Shown here piece by piece: positions 10,764 to 21,663 of a DNA stretch of 64,000 bases. The notes beneath the pieces were generated by a model that did no database searches, was not told the origin of the DNA, and worked only from the letters and a program-made list of their open reading frames with translations. How positions within the stretch are numbered: the stretch's first letter is position 1; each line of letters starts with the position of its first letter. The translations under genes were made by a program, and so were the position numbers. This DNA comes from Planctomycetales bacterium (GTDB taxonomy: Bacteria > 4484-113), in contig JBBIRS010000003.1 in NCBI GenBank assembly GCA_037441675.1, forward strand, positions 185,930-249,929, read 5' to 3'.

Positions 10764-12470
10764 TCACACCAATGCGGGGTCTTGATAGACGCCCCAGACC
10801 TCGCGGAAGATGTCACAGATTTCCTGAAGCGTGCATTCCGCCCGTGCGCATTCCACTATTTTCTCCATCGTGTTTTCACTCTCGTTCTTGCAAACACGCC
10901 TAAGCTCATCAAGCGCTCGCCCAATCTTGTTCATGTCCCTTTGTCTCTTCCAAGCCCTGTGATTTTCAACCTGCCTATCCTCCGTCTCCTGCGGAATTTT
11001 TAGAATCTCAATTGGCAGTTCTTCATCGGTTACAAACGCATTCACGCCAACGATTATGTGCTTTCCCTCTTCCACCCGTTTTTGATATTCATACGCGCTC
11101 TTGGCAATTTCAAGTTGAAAGAATCCCTTCTCAATTCCTTGAATTACTCCGCCAATCTCGTCAATCTTCCTGAAGTACTCCTCCGCGCCTTCTTCCATCT
11201 GCTTTGTTAGAGCTTCGACGAAGTAAGAACCGCCAAGAGGATCAATTGTGTTCGCTACGCCTGTTTCGTAGGCGATAATTTGCTGAGTTCTGAGGGAAAT
11301 TTCTGCGGCTTTCTCCGTTGGGAGGGCAAGCACTTCATCCATTGAATTTACATGTAGGCTTTGCGTTCCGCCTAGAACTGCAGCAAGCGCCTCTGTTGTG
11401 CTTCGGATGATGTTGTTATAGGGCTGTTGAGCGGTAAGTGACACACCGGCGGTCTGCGTGTGGAACCTTAAGAGCCAACTACGCTCGTTCTTAGCCTTGT
11501 AAACGTCCCGCATATGCCTAGCCCAGATTCTCCTCGCGGCGCGATACTTGGCTATCTCCTCAAAGAAGTCTATGTGGCTATTAAAGAAGAAGCTGAAGCG
11601 GGGTGCAAAGGCGTCCACGTCCATCCCGCGCTCAATGCAAGCCTCAACATAGGTCATTCCGTTCTTTAGCGTGAACGCAAGCTCCTGGAGGGCTGTTGAG
11701 CCTGCCTCTCGGATGTGGTAACCGCTGATGCTTATTGTATTCCACTTTGGCAGATGCCTGGTGCAGTATTCAACTTTGTCCACGATTAAGCGGAGATGAT
11801 GTTGTGGCGTGGTTATCCATTCCTTTTGCGCCTGAAATTCTTTCAGCATATCGGTTTGAGTGGTTCCGCCAAGCTTTTCTAGAGGTATTCCTTTTCTCTC
11901 AGCGGCTACAATATAAAAAGCAAGTATAGCGCTTGCTGGAGCGTTTATCGTCATTGATGTTGTTATATCTGCAAGGTTAATACCATCAAAGAGAACCTCC
12001 ATATCACGTACGCTGGAAACTGAAACTCCGCATCTTCCAACTTCCCCATAGGAAAATGACGCATCACAATCATAGCCATACAGAGTTGGTAGATCAAAGG
12101 CAACTGAAAGACCTGTCTGTCCTTGGGAAATTAGAAATTTGTATCGCTCATTGGTTTCCTCAGGGGTTCCGTAACCTGAAAATTGCCTAAAAGTCCATAG
12201 CCTACCGCGATACATAGTGTCGTGGATACCCCGCGTGAATGGAAACTTACCAGGAACGCCTATGTCTTTGTCATAGTCTATTTGCTTAACATCCTCAGGT
12301 GTATACAGCGCCTTAATTGGTACGCCTGAGACGGTAGTCGGGTGCGTTACTATAGATGGAGCTTTCACGCGTGGATAATGCAAAACGACTCTTGATGAAC
12401 TTGTTGAGTGGTTTGTGGTAGTTTTTTTATTTGTTGCGTTTTGTTCTCTTTGCTTTGTAAGTCTCATCAC
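10764..12470 (-). CDS. Acyl-CoA mutase large (substrate-binding) subunit, isobutyryl-CoA mutase-like
   Basis: [49 protein letters not shown] motifs; Phe in RQF and Gln in AQKEW are ICM-type residues. Confidence 0.9.
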   Translation of the reverse strand: MMRLTKQREQNATNKKTTTNHSTSSSRVVLHYPRVKAPSIVTHPTTVSGVPIKALYTPEDVKQIDYDKDIGVPGKFPFTRGIHDTMYRGRLWTFRQFSGYGTPEETNERYKFLISQGQTGLSVAFDLPTLYGYDCDASFSYGEVGRCGVSVSSVRDMEVLFDGINLADITTSMTINAPASAILAFYIVAAERKGIPLEKLGGTTQTDMLKEFQAQKEWITTPQHHLRLIVDKVEYCTRHLPKWNTISISGYHIREAGSTALQELAFTLKNGMTYVEACIERGMDVDAFAPRFSFFFNSHIDFFEEIAKYRAARRIWARHMRDVYKAKNERSWLLRFHTQTAGVSLTAQQPYNNIIRSTTEALAAVLGGTQSLHVNSMDEVLALPTEKAAEISLRTQQIIAYETGVANTIDPLGGSYFVEALTKQMEEGAEEYFRKIDEIGGVIQGIEKGFFQLEIAKSAYEYQKRVEEGKHIIVGVNAFVTDEELPIEILKIPQETEDRQVENHRAWKRQRDMNKIGRALDELRRVCKNESENTMEKIVECARAECTLQEICDIFREVWGVYQDPALV

Positions 12471-12845
12471 GATACGCCTCCTATAGGCAAAAGAGGGCTA
12501 TACTTTCGCAATTTTAATTCTAGCATAGGTAAACATGAACAGTTAAGGCAACTCGCTCTCAAAATTGAGGAGATGAATTGGGCTTGGCGAAATAGTACTT
12601 TGAGCACTGTAATTTTTATATCAAGATTGTATCATTTATTATCTAAGTTACCCCATTTATTCAAAATACCTGATGGTATAATATTTAACTAGTTTTATTC
12701 TCATATACTTAAGTGAAAGGAGGTAATGCCTTGTTAGGAAAAGGGAGTAGTATTTCTGGAGAAAAGAAAGCGGATGCTTCTCACTTAAGACTTAGCAGAA
12801 AGAAATTTTTCCTATCTCTATCCTAATGATATAAGTAAGGAGGAT

Positions 12846-15800
12846 GTGCTTCAAATGAAATCATTTAATAAATTTTTGAGGGATGCAATTATTGTGTTTA
12901 TTATTGGTAGCATTATATTTTCATGTGGAGGTGGTGGGCGGAAATCGATTAACTATAGCCTTCCGAGTCAGATTCCCTCGACTCAAGAGAATGAGGGAAC
13001 TAATGAGCTTTATTTCAGTCAGAGTTATGCTAAATCTTTTCTTACTCAGCTACCAATGGATGGACAACAACCTTGGGAGAAACGAGATAGACAAGGCTAT
13101 ATTGTAACGGGAGGAAGGTTTTCATCAGCCATCAACACTAGAAGCGATTTCATTGCTGGGATAGAAAGATTTCTAGAGGTAGGGGATGTAACCGATTTTG
13201 GGGAAGCCAGCAAACTTAGAAGTGGTAATCCTGGAGAAAAACTTCTGTCGTTTGCAATTTATAGAGTCAGTCTTGGTGATAGCCAGCCTGGAGCAATATC
13301 AGTTGACGCAAATCTTCATTTGAAAGCCGATGGCACAATGAGCGATTACTATCTTGGTGTTTCGGATTACTCATCCGGAACTTGGAAGTGGTTCGGACCG
13401 TTCACAGATTCGCACGTGAGGGAAGTTCTTCCTACATCAGATTACACGAATGAACTGGGGAACACGTTTCTGGCGGTGGCAGCATATGACGGTTCAATAT
13501 TTGACATAGTTGGTCTTGGCTTGAACGTTAGAGATGAAGGCGATACTAGCCCGCCACCGGTTCCATCTTCTCCAGCTCTCACGCCCATCTTGGGTGGCGT
13601 CTTTCTTCAGTTTGTCCCTGTATTTGCGGATGACCTAGCGGGATATCGTATCTACTACGCGCATTATCCCTTTGATTCCATAACTGACTTTGGCGTTAAG
13701 AGCGTTAATTATGTTGAGGGTCTTTCTTGGCATGTTTTACCCATTAGCGAAAACATTTATGTAAGAGTTAGCGCCATAGACGTTAATGGGAATGAGAGCG
13801 GGTTGTCAGAGCCCATCTACAACAAGGGTTGGGTTGGGGTTATGCCTACAGTTGGTTTAGAGACGGATATTGTTTCCGGTAGCAGGGGTGATATCGCACG
13901 CCTTACAGCGACAGGTGCGGATAGTTACGATTTTGATTTGGATGGGGATGGCTTTTTTGAGATGACGGGCGATACGAGTGGTGTGCAGAACATAGTTTTG
14001 GACACAACTGGAATAATTCGCCCTGCAGTGCGTGGTACGACAAATACCGGTGGAATAGCTTTTGCCGCAATTTCCCTAATTATTACTTCAAACAGTAGAC
14101 CGGCCGCTTACGCTACCGCTTCACCGACAAGTGGCATTGTTCCCCTGGACGTCAATTTCGTAGGTATTGGTGAAGATGATGACGGAACTATCGCTCTTTA
14201 CGCTTGGGACTTTAATGGTGACGGAATATTTGATTTTTCCTCTCCAACAAACCCAATACCCCCGATTCAGACGTACTCCATTCCCGGGCTTTACAATGTA
14301 AAGTTCCGTGTAGAGGATAACGAGGGGGCATGGGATGTGGATACGGTTTCTATAGAAGCACTTGAGAACCCGACGAATCAGATGCCAATAATAACGGGCA
14401 TTTCTGCCTCTCCCTCTATTTCCCCACCAGGAACCACAGTTAATTTCACTGTAACTGCAACTGATAAGGACGGAGTAGTTCTTACAGTTAAATGGGATTT
14501 TGATAATGATGGTGTCTTTGACGCAAGTGGGACAAGTGCTAGCAATATTTTTACTACTTCAGGACTTTACTATGTCAAGGTTCAAGTTACGGATGACAAA
14601 GGTGGATATGCGGTGGGATACGTGGTCGTTGCTGTTGAGGATGCACCACCGAACATACCGCCGACGATAGAGTCTGCGAGCGCAAGTCCAAATTCCGGAG
14701 GAGCGCCACTCAATGTGAGTTTTTCAGGAAGCGCGTATGACAGCGAAGGTAGCATAAGCGAGTATGCTTGGGATTTTGAGAATGATGGGACGTTTGATTT
14801 CACGAGCGCGAGTAGTGCGAGCACCTCGCACACATACACGACGGAAGGCTTTTACACAGCGAGGCTAAGGGTAACTGATAATTTCGGAGACACCTCATCT
14901 GCGTTTGTTGGAATAAACGTGCTTTACAATATCCCGCCAGTTGCTATTCTAAATGCTAGCGCGAGCAGAGTATATTTGGGCGAGACCGGTGGCTTGGATG
15001 TTATTTTTGATGCAAGCGAGAGCTATGACCCTGAAGGCGGCTCTCTTCAGTATGCGTTTGACCCCTTAGGCCAAGGCGGATATTCTTCGTTTAGTTCAAG
15101 CTCAACTCACACGTACACTTACAATTTTACAGGCTTGTTCCCGGCTGGATTGAGAGTGAAAGACCCTCTTGGAGCAATTGACGACACATCCAGGCACATT
15201 TGGGTATACAGATTCGGTTCTCAACACATAACTTCAGGCGTGGTAGCGGGAACTGATATATCTTTATCGGTAGTAGATGGCTTTCCAGCTATCGCCTTTG
15301 CTGATAGCTTTTATGGAAATCTGTTGTATATGCGAGCATTGGACGCGAGCGGTTCAAATTGGGGAGATCAAATTTTCATTGACGAGGTTGACATTTCCTC
15401 CGGTGGAACTTCTCTAAACATCGTGGATGGTAAGCCTGCTGTAACGTATCGTGAGAATGGCTTTGGTAATGGTGATACATTACGGTATGCCATAGCTGGA
15501 GATGCAAATGGGTCATGGTGGTATTCTCCTATCATAATTGATAGCGGTTTGGACATCGGGAAATACAGCTCGCTTTTCGTGGTGAATGGCTATCCCGCAA
15601 TTAGCTACTACGATGGAGTAAACGGCGACCTGAAGTACGTGCGAGCAACAGACAGTTCTGGCTTTAATTGGGGAACTCCGATTACTGTAGATGATGGTGG
15701 GACGGATGACGTTGGACAGTTCACAACACTTCGCGTAGTAAACGGCAATCCCGCCATTAGCTATTATGACTACACTAACGGTGACTTGAAGTTCGTTCGA

Positions 15801-16292
15801 GCTAATGATACTGATGGGACGACATGGGGAACACCAATTGTGGTTGATGGAGCATCCGATTGGGTCGGTGCTTACGCAAGTATGGAAATTGTTAACATTG
15901 TTGAGGGTAACCCTAGTGGGAATCCGGCTATTGCCTATATGGGAGACTCGATTCTCTTATACGTGAAGGCAAGTGATTCAGATGGCTCTAGTTGGGATAC
16001 GCCTGTAATTGTTGATGACAGTGGTGAGGCTGATGGTTTCTGTTCCCTTGCGGTAATCAATGGTGTTCCGGGTATAGCTTATAAAGCGTTTGGTCAAGGT
16101 GAAAATAACATATTATTGTTTGTACATTCTGGTGATTACGCAGGTTCTACTTGGGGAACTCCTGTTTACGTAAACACCTCTGGTGATGTGGGAGATTTTG
16201 CTACTTTGAAAGAGGTCAATTTTAAGCCCGCAATAGTTGCGGAAGATTCGACAAGAGGGAGATTAGTTTATTGTTACCCAAGGCTGGATTAG
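12846..16292 (+). CDS. Large lipoprotein with FnIII-like domain, about 5 PKD domains and C-terminal repeat (propeller-like) domain
   Basis: Lipobox IFSC; repeated WDF(D/N/E)xDGxFD PKD motifs; C-terminal repeats S(L)xVVNGxPAISYYD..GDLKYVRAxDxxGxxWGTP. Confidence 0.8.
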   Translation: MLQMKSFNKFLRDAIIVFIIGSIIFSCGGGGRKSINYSLPSQIPSTQENEGTNELYFSQSYAKSFLTQLPMDGQQPWEKRDRQGYIVTGGRFSSAINTRSDFIAGIERFLEVGDVTDFGEASKLRSGNPGEKLLSFAIYRVSLGDSQPGAISVDANLHLKADGTMSDYYLGVSDYSSGTWKWFGPFTDSHVREVLPTSDYTNELGNTFLAVAAYDGSIFDIVGLGLNVRDEGDTSPPPVPSSPALTPILGGVFLQFVPVFADDLAGYRIYYAHYPFDSITDFGVKSVNYVEGLSWHVLPISENIYVRVSAIDVNGNESGLSEPIYNKGWVGVMPTVGLETDIVSGSRGDIARLTATGADSYDFDLDGDGFFEMTGDTSGVQNIVLDTTGIIRPAVRGTTNTGGIAFAAISLIITSNSRPAAYATASPTSGIVPLDVNFVGIGEDDDGTIALYAWDFNGDGIFDFSSPTNPIPPIQTYSIPGLYNVKFRVEDNEGAWDVDTVSIEALENPTNQMPIITGISASPSISPPGTTVNFTVTATDKDGVVLTVKWDFDNDGVFDASGTSASNIFTTSGLYYVKVQVTDDKGGYAVGYVVVAVEDAPPNIPPTIESASASPNSGGAPLNVSFSGSAYDSEGSISEYAWDFENDGTFDFTSASSASTSHTYTTEGFYTARLRVTDNFGDTSSAFVGINVLYNIPPVAILNASASRVYLGETGGLDVIFDASESYDPEGGSLQYAFDPLGQGGYSSFSSSSTHTYTYNFTGLFPAGLRVKDPLGAIDDTSRHIWVYRFGSQHITSGVVAGTDISLSVVDGFPAIAFADSFYGNLLYMRALDASGSNWGDQIFIDEVDISSGGTSLNIVDGKPAVTYRENGFGNGDTLRYAIAGDANGSWWYSPIIIDSGLDIGKYSSLFVVNGYPAISYYDGVNGDLKYVRATDSSGFNWGTPITVDDGGTDDVGQFTTLRVVNGNPAISYYDYTNGDLKFVRANDTDGTTWGTPIVVDGASDWVGAYASMEIVNIVEGNPSGNPAIAYMGDSILLYVKASDSDGSSWDTPVIVDDSGEADGFCSLAVINGVPGIAYKAFGQGENNILLFVHSGDYAGSTWGTPVYVNTSGDVGDFATLKEVNFKPAIVAEDSTRGRLVYCYPRLD

Positions 16293-16384
16293 ATTGAACT
16301 TGGCGGGTTAGATTTACGAGGTTTTATGACCAAGGGTAAAGTGAAACTCTTATTGTTATTGTGAGGCTGTAATAAAGCATTCAA

Positions 16385-16999
16385 CTATTTCGCTTTGTTC
16401 TCAGGCAGATTGCTATTGCTCTTGGTTCGCTTATAAGAACGTAACCAGAAGAAAACAACAAGAATAATAATGGCAAGGATGAGCAGAGAAACGATTATCC
16501 TGCGTGCTCCACCTTCTGAGTAGATTTTATAGCCTGCGTGAATAAGTATAAACGTCATAATCGTCCAAAGCACAGAACCTATGAAAGTGGCAGTAAGAAA
16601 TTGAATAAATTGCATTCCGATAACTCCGCTGGCGATGCTCGTCTAGGGACGAATGTATCCGCATAGACGCGCTAGAATTACCGCGAAGATGCCATATTTT
16701 TTGGAGATTCTTTGGACGGTTGCGTAGGTTTTTTGGAACTTTATTGATGACTTAATCTTGGTTAAAAGCCAGCCTGAACCTCTTATGCCAATTCCATAAC
16801 CAACAAGACTTCCTGATAGTTGGCCAATGACGAGGGTGGCGAAGAGTAAATATGGAGTTAGTGGCGTCGCACTTTCGCTTTCTAGTATAGCTATGGCTGT
16901 GAGAAAGGCAATGGCAGATGGCACGGGAATACCAATACTCTCCACGAAGGTAATTAAGAAAACTCCCAAATACCCAAGAGCGTATAGGTGAGTAAGCAC
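16385..16999 (-). pseudogene. DedA/SNARE-associated membrane protein split by an in-frame TAG at 16643-16645
   Basis: ESIGIPVPS and ARLCGYIRP*TSIASGVIGMQFIQF read through in one frame; DedA-type motifs lie on both sides of the stop. Confidence 0.8.
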
Positions 17000-17155
17000 G
17001 GATGAACTTATAATACCTTCGAAGGAAGAACTAGCTTTTTAAGAAATGAGAAACATTTTCAACTTAACGAACATAGTTAGGGTTAGACTTGGAGGATGCG
17101 CGAGCTTTTGGCTCGTATTCTGAAAAGAAATCGCAATTTAAGGATTTAATTTGCG

Positions 17156-18505
17156 CTATTCAAAGCTCGGAATTTTATTTTCTAAAGGTGTAAGTATTTT
17201 CATTCCACCGAGATACTTTGTAGCTAGCACTTCAGGAAGTTTGACATTTCCGTTTTCCAATTGATTATTCTCAAGAAGTGCAATCATCAATCTAGGGAGA
17301 GCAAGACCACTTGCGTTCAACATATGGACATATTCGGGTTTGGCGCCGGGCTCGCGCCTAAATCTAACTTGGGCTCGCCGAGCTTGAAAGTCCCTCGTGT
17401 TGCTTGCACTGCTAACTTCAAGCCATTCGTTTACTCCCGCAGCGTACACTTCCAAGTCGTAAGTCTTGCATGAGGCAAAGCCGGTGTCTCTGGAGGCTAA
17501 AACTACCCTGCGGTATGGTAAGCCAAGGATTTCTAGAATATGCTCTGCTTCCCGGGTAATGCTTTCAAGGCATTCGGAGGACTGCTCGGGAAGGCAGATA
17601 TTGACGAGTTCTACCTTCTCAAACTGATGAACACGCATCAAGCCTCTTGCCTCCTTTCCGTAATGCCCCGCCTCTACACGAAAACAGGGCGAATATGCAA
17701 CTAGCTTTATGGGGAAATTAGCGCCTTCAAGTATCCGTTCACGATAAAGGTTGCAGACTGGCACTTCAGATGTGGGGATTAAGAAGTAATCTGGTTCCAT
17801 TTTATTGCCATATCCAGCCTCTTTCAGCGGAATGAAAACGTGATACATTTCTTGTGAGAATTTCGGAAGCTGACCTGTGCCAAATGCGCTAGATTCTTTT
17901 ACTAAGAATGGTGGACGCACCTCGGTATACCCATGGTTATTTATGTGTACGTCAAGCATTAGATTTATAAGTGCTCTTTGAAGCAATGCTCCATTAGCGG
18001 TGAAGAACTGAAAACCACTACCCGCTACTCTTGCTGCTGAGGCAAAATCTATCAGCTGGAGGTTCTTTGCGATGGCAATGTGGTCTTTAGGAGTAAAGTA
18101 AAAATTTGGCTTCTCTCCCCATTCTTTTACGATTATCTTATCTTCCTCTTCACCTATTGGGACATCGTCATCAATTAAATTTGGAAGACCGATAAGGAGA
18201 TTATGCATTTCTTTCTCTTTTTTTTCATAATCATTATCAATCAATCCTATAGCTTCATTCAAGTACAAAACAACTTCTCTTTTTTGCTTAGCTTCATCCT
18301 CCATTCCCTCTTTCATTAACCTTCCGATTGCTTGACTCTCCAAATTCCTTTTGTGTTTTAACTCGTCTAATTTAGACTTCAACTGTCTCTGTTCTTCATC
18401 TAAACGAAGAATCTCGTCAAGAATAGGAGGGTATTCTTGACCCCGACGAGCAAGTTTTTCCTTTACCTCCTCCGGGAATTTCCGAATGTAGCTGATGTTA
18501 AGCAT
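17156..18505 (-). CDS. serS: Serine--tRNA ligase
   Basis: N-terminal coiled coil, GTGQLPKF, LIPTSEVP, CFRVEAG..RGLMRVHQFEKVE and LNASGLA motifs. Confidence 0.97.
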   Translation of the reverse strand: MLNISYIRKFPEEVKEKLARRGQEYPPILDEILRLDEEQRQLKSKLDELKHKRNLESQAIGRLMKEGMEDEAKQKREVVLYLNEAIGLIDNDYEKKEKEMHNLLIGLPNLIDDDVPIGEEEDKIIVKEWGEKPNFYFTPKDHIAIAKNLQLIDFASAARVAGSGFQFFTANGALLQRALINLMLDVHINNHGYTEVRPPFLVKESSAFGTGQLPKFSQEMYHVFIPLKEAGYGNKMEPDYFLIPTSEVPVCNLYRERILEGANFPIKLVAYSPCFRVEAGHYGKEARGLMRVHQFEKVELVNICLPEQSSECLESITREAEHILEILGLPYRRVVLASRDTGFASCKTYDLEVYAAGVNEWLEVSSASNTRDFQARRAQVRFRREPGAKPEYVHMLNASGLALPRLMIALLENNQLENGNVKLPEVLATKYLGGMKILTPLENKIPSFE

Positions 18506-18524
18506 AAGGTATCAAGGTAATGGA

Positions 18525-18797
18525 TTAGGGTGAATCAGAATTTGATTCATTTTCATCAGTTCTAATATAACCAAGGATATCACCTTCCTTAACTTGACTT
18601 CCGATAACGCAAACATCCTCAAGAATTCCGTTTGCCTCCGCTTCAAAAACGATGGTGGCTTTATCTGCCTCTACTTCAAATAGTTCTTCGCCGATTTTAA
18701 CTTTGGAGCCAGGTGGCTTTAACCAAGCTCCAAACGTGATTTCAACACTTTTCATTCCAATATCAGGTAACACTATTGGTATTCTCATATTTTTCAC
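18525..18797 (-). CDS. Stand-alone lipoyl/biotinyl attachment domain protein
   Basis: LPDIG...W.K..G..VK.GE.LFEVEADKA (lipoyl-type DKA). Confidence 0.8.
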   Translation of the reverse strand: MKNMRIPIVLPDIGMKSVEITFGAWLKPPGSKVKIGEELFEVEADKATIVFEAEANGILEDVCVIGSQVKEGDILGYIRTDENESNSDSP

Positions 18798-19093
18798 GAG
18801 CTTCTATGATTCTGCCCATAGAATTATAACAATAGACGAAAACTGGCTTTAGTAAATTTGTTATACGGGATGTGTGGAGGCGTTTTACCTCTAGAAATCT
18901 AGCGAATAGACCGCCATACTAAGATTTGTAATAAGTGCGTTTAATCTTTAAGATTGGCGCGATTGGCGCTATAAAAAGTAAATCGTTGCCCAATATTGAA
19001 TTCCTCAATAATTAAGTGAAATAACTTACAAATCATCACTTAATCAGTGCTATAATTTTCTCGTTTTCTTTAATCTTCTTCGGGAGGAACATT

Positions 19094-20254
19094 ATGAACT
19101 TTGAACTCACTGAAGAGCAAAAAGCGGTAAGGGAGAGTGTTCGCAAGTTTGCTGAAAGCGAACTCATCCCTAAGGCAAAAGAGCTTGATACTACAAGGCA
19201 ATTTCCCTGGGAAACCGTAAGGAAGATGGGTGAATTAGGTTTACTAGCTCCCATTGTACCAGCTGAGTATGGAGGGGCAGGGCTTGACCAGATTTCTTAC
19301 ACTGTTATTGGCGAAGAAGTGGCGCGAGCATGCGCATCTCATGCAACCATTATGGGTGCTCATTGTTCGCTTTGTTGCTATCCCATCCTCGCATTTGGAA
19401 CTGAAGAGCAGAAAGCCAAATATCTCCCCAAGTTAGTAACTGGAGAGTATATAGGGGCATTCTCATTAACAGAACCACAGGCTGGAAGTGACGCTTCTAA
19501 CTTAAGGACTGTAGCGGTAAAGAAAAACGGATATTATGTTATCAACGGAAAGAAGCAATGGTGCACCAACGGCGCGGAGGCTAGTGTAATTATCCTTTTT
19601 GCAAATACAAATCCTGAAGCTGGATTGAGGGGAATTACGGCTTTTATTATTGAAAGGGAAACTGAAGGATTAAGCATTGGGAAGATAGAGGATACGCTTG
19701 GTATACGTGGAAGTCATCAAACCGAGTTATGTTTTGATAATGCGGTTGTATCTGCGGAGAACATCCTTGGTGGAGAAGCAAACATTGGACGAGGCTTTAG
19801 GATTGCTATGCAAACCCTTGATGGGGGGAGAATTGGTATGGCAAGCGCAAGCGTAGGAATTGCTCAAGCTGCATTAGAAGCGGCAGTCAAGTATGCCAAT
19901 GAGCGGGAGCAATTTGGAAAGAAAATTGGTGAATTTCAGGCGATTCAATGGATGATAGCTGATATGGCAACGGAGCTTGAGGCTGCTAGGCAACTTACTT
20001 ATTACGCAGCTTGGTTGAAGCAGGAAGGTAAACCACATACGTGCGAGGCGGCAATGGCGAAAATGTTCGCAAGCGAAGTTTGCTGGCGAGTTTGTGATAA
20101 GGCGCTCCAAATTCACGGCGGTTACGGTTACTCCAAGGAGTATCCTCTGGAAAGATACCTACGAGATGCGCGCATTAAGCGTATCTACGAGGGAACTAAT
20201 GAAATTCAACGAATGGTGATTTCTCGGGAAATCTTGAGAAAGGCACAGGGTTAA
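19094..20254 (+). CDS. Acyl-CoA dehydrogenase (short/branched-chain type)
   Basis: FSLTEPQAGSD, NGKKQWCTNG, REQFGKKI, QIHGGYGY and RIYEGTNEIQ motifs. Confidence 0.95.
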   Translation: MNFELTEEQKAVRESVRKFAESELIPKAKELDTTRQFPWETVRKMGELGLLAPIVPAEYGGAGLDQISYTVIGEEVARACASHATIMGAHCSLCCYPILAFGTEEQKAKYLPKLVTGEYIGAFSLTEPQAGSDASNLRTVAVKKNGYYVINGKKQWCTNGAEASVIILFANTNPEAGLRGITAFIIERETEGLSIGKIEDTLGIRGSHQTELCFDNAVVSAENILGGEANIGRGFRIAMQTLDGGRIGMASASVGIAQAALEAAVKYANEREQFGKKIGEFQAIQWMIADMATELEAARQLTYYAAWLKQEGKPHTCEAAMAKMFASEVCWRVCDKALQIHGGYGYSKEYPLERYLRDARIKRIYEGTNEIQRMVISREILRKAQG

Positions 20255-20411
20255 TATTTGAGAAAAGCGAGCTAATCGCTGACTATAGTGACAAATTTCA
20301 TTCATTGGTGAGCTAAATTATCTTAAATTGCCAATTAAGCTCGCAAGAATTGCGCCTTGCGCGGATTACTGACTTTATGAGAACTCCTAATTTTCGTATA
20401 AGCTATAAAAC

Positions 20412-21527
20412 GTGAAGAAATATAATTTGGAGTTATTGGATTATGAATTGCCTGTAGAGTTAATCGCACAACAACCCCTAACTGAAAGGGATGCAAGTAG
20501 GCTTCTTGTGGTTCACAGGGATACTCAAACTATTGAACATCGTCTCTTCAGGGAACTTCCGAAATTATTAGATGACCGTTACTTCTTGGTTTTTAACGAC
20601 TCAAGAGTGATGCGATCCCGTTTTCTTTGCACCCGCAAAAAAACAGGCGGTCGTTGTGAAGTATTGCTAACAAGAATCTATGAAGGGGGATACGCTGATT
20701 GCCTAACTGAGGCTCGTGGACATCTAAAACCTGGCGAAGAGTTAATGTATAATGAATTTTTCTCCTTTCTAGTGGAAAGGGTGACCACTGAAGATATGCC
20801 TGGACGGGTAAGGATCCTCTATAACGATGAAATAGCTCCACCCGTAATGATTAGCCAGCTTATCAATTCTGGTGAGCTTCCACTTCCGCCTTATCTTAAA
20901 GAAAAGCTAGCGGACGAAGAGAGGTATCAAACCATATTCGCAAGTAGTCTTGGTTCATCCGCTGCTCCGACCGCGGCACTCCATTTCACTGACAGGGTAT
21001 TTGAAAGGTTAAGAGAACGCGGGATAGAATGGGCTTTTACTACTCTTCACATTGGCTCCGCAACTTTTTTGCCAATTAGATCTGATGATGCATCTTTACA
21101 CAGACTGAATAGTGAATACTATTTCATCTTTCCTGAACAGTTTAGGAAAATATTGCATGCGAAGGCGGTAGGAAAACGAATTGTTGCAGTGGGGACGACC
21201 GTAACGAGACTGCTTGAGTGGGTTCTTGGAAGCTGGAAGGAGATTGTTAAAAGCTCAGAAGTAACACTCAAAGAACTCTCAGAAGCAACCCCGGAGGAGC
21301 TTTCACGGCTTTTCTCGCTATCAGGTGAAACTGACCTTTATATTTTGCCTGGCTATGAATTTCAGTTCATTGACCACCTAATAACAAATTTTCATTTGCC
21401 AAGAACAACCCTATTAGCTCTTGTTTACGCGTTTGGTGGGAGAGAGCTTATTAGGAAAGCATATGAAGAGGCGGTGAATCTAAAGTATCGCTTTTATTCC
21501 CTGGGAGATGCGATGCTAATACTTTAG
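20412..21527 (+). CDS. queA: S-adenosylmethionine:tRNA ribosyltransferase-isomerase
   Basis: DYELPVELIAQQP, LPLPPY, AAPTA.LHF, AVGTT, ITNFHLP and YRFYSLGDAMLI motifs. Confidence 0.96.
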   Translation: MKKYNLELLDYELPVELIAQQPLTERDASRLLVVHRDTQTIEHRLFRELPKLLDDRYFLVFNDSRVMRSRFLCTRKKTGGRCEVLLTRIYEGGYADCLTEARGHLKPGEELMYNEFFSFLVERVTTEDMPGRVRILYNDEIAPPVMISQLINSGELPLPPYLKEKLADEERYQTIFASSLGSSAAPTAALHFTDRVFERLRERGIEWAFTTLHIGSATFLPIRSDDASLHRLNSEYYFIFPEQFRKILHAKAVGKRIVAVGTTVTRLLEWVLGSWKEIVKSSEVTLKELSEATPEELSRLFSLSGETDLYILPGYEFQFIDHLITNFHLPRTTLLALVYAFGGRELIRKAYEEAVNLKYRFYSLGDAMLIL

Positions 21528-21663
21528 TAGCATCCTGCCTATATTTGATGACAAACTGGTATCCTTGAAATTAACGTGAGTTGGTTATCTGCAACAAGAT
21601 TAGTTGGGGTATTATAATGAAAACGAACGTGGAATTTATGCCATGTGACGGAGGTAGTTTATT

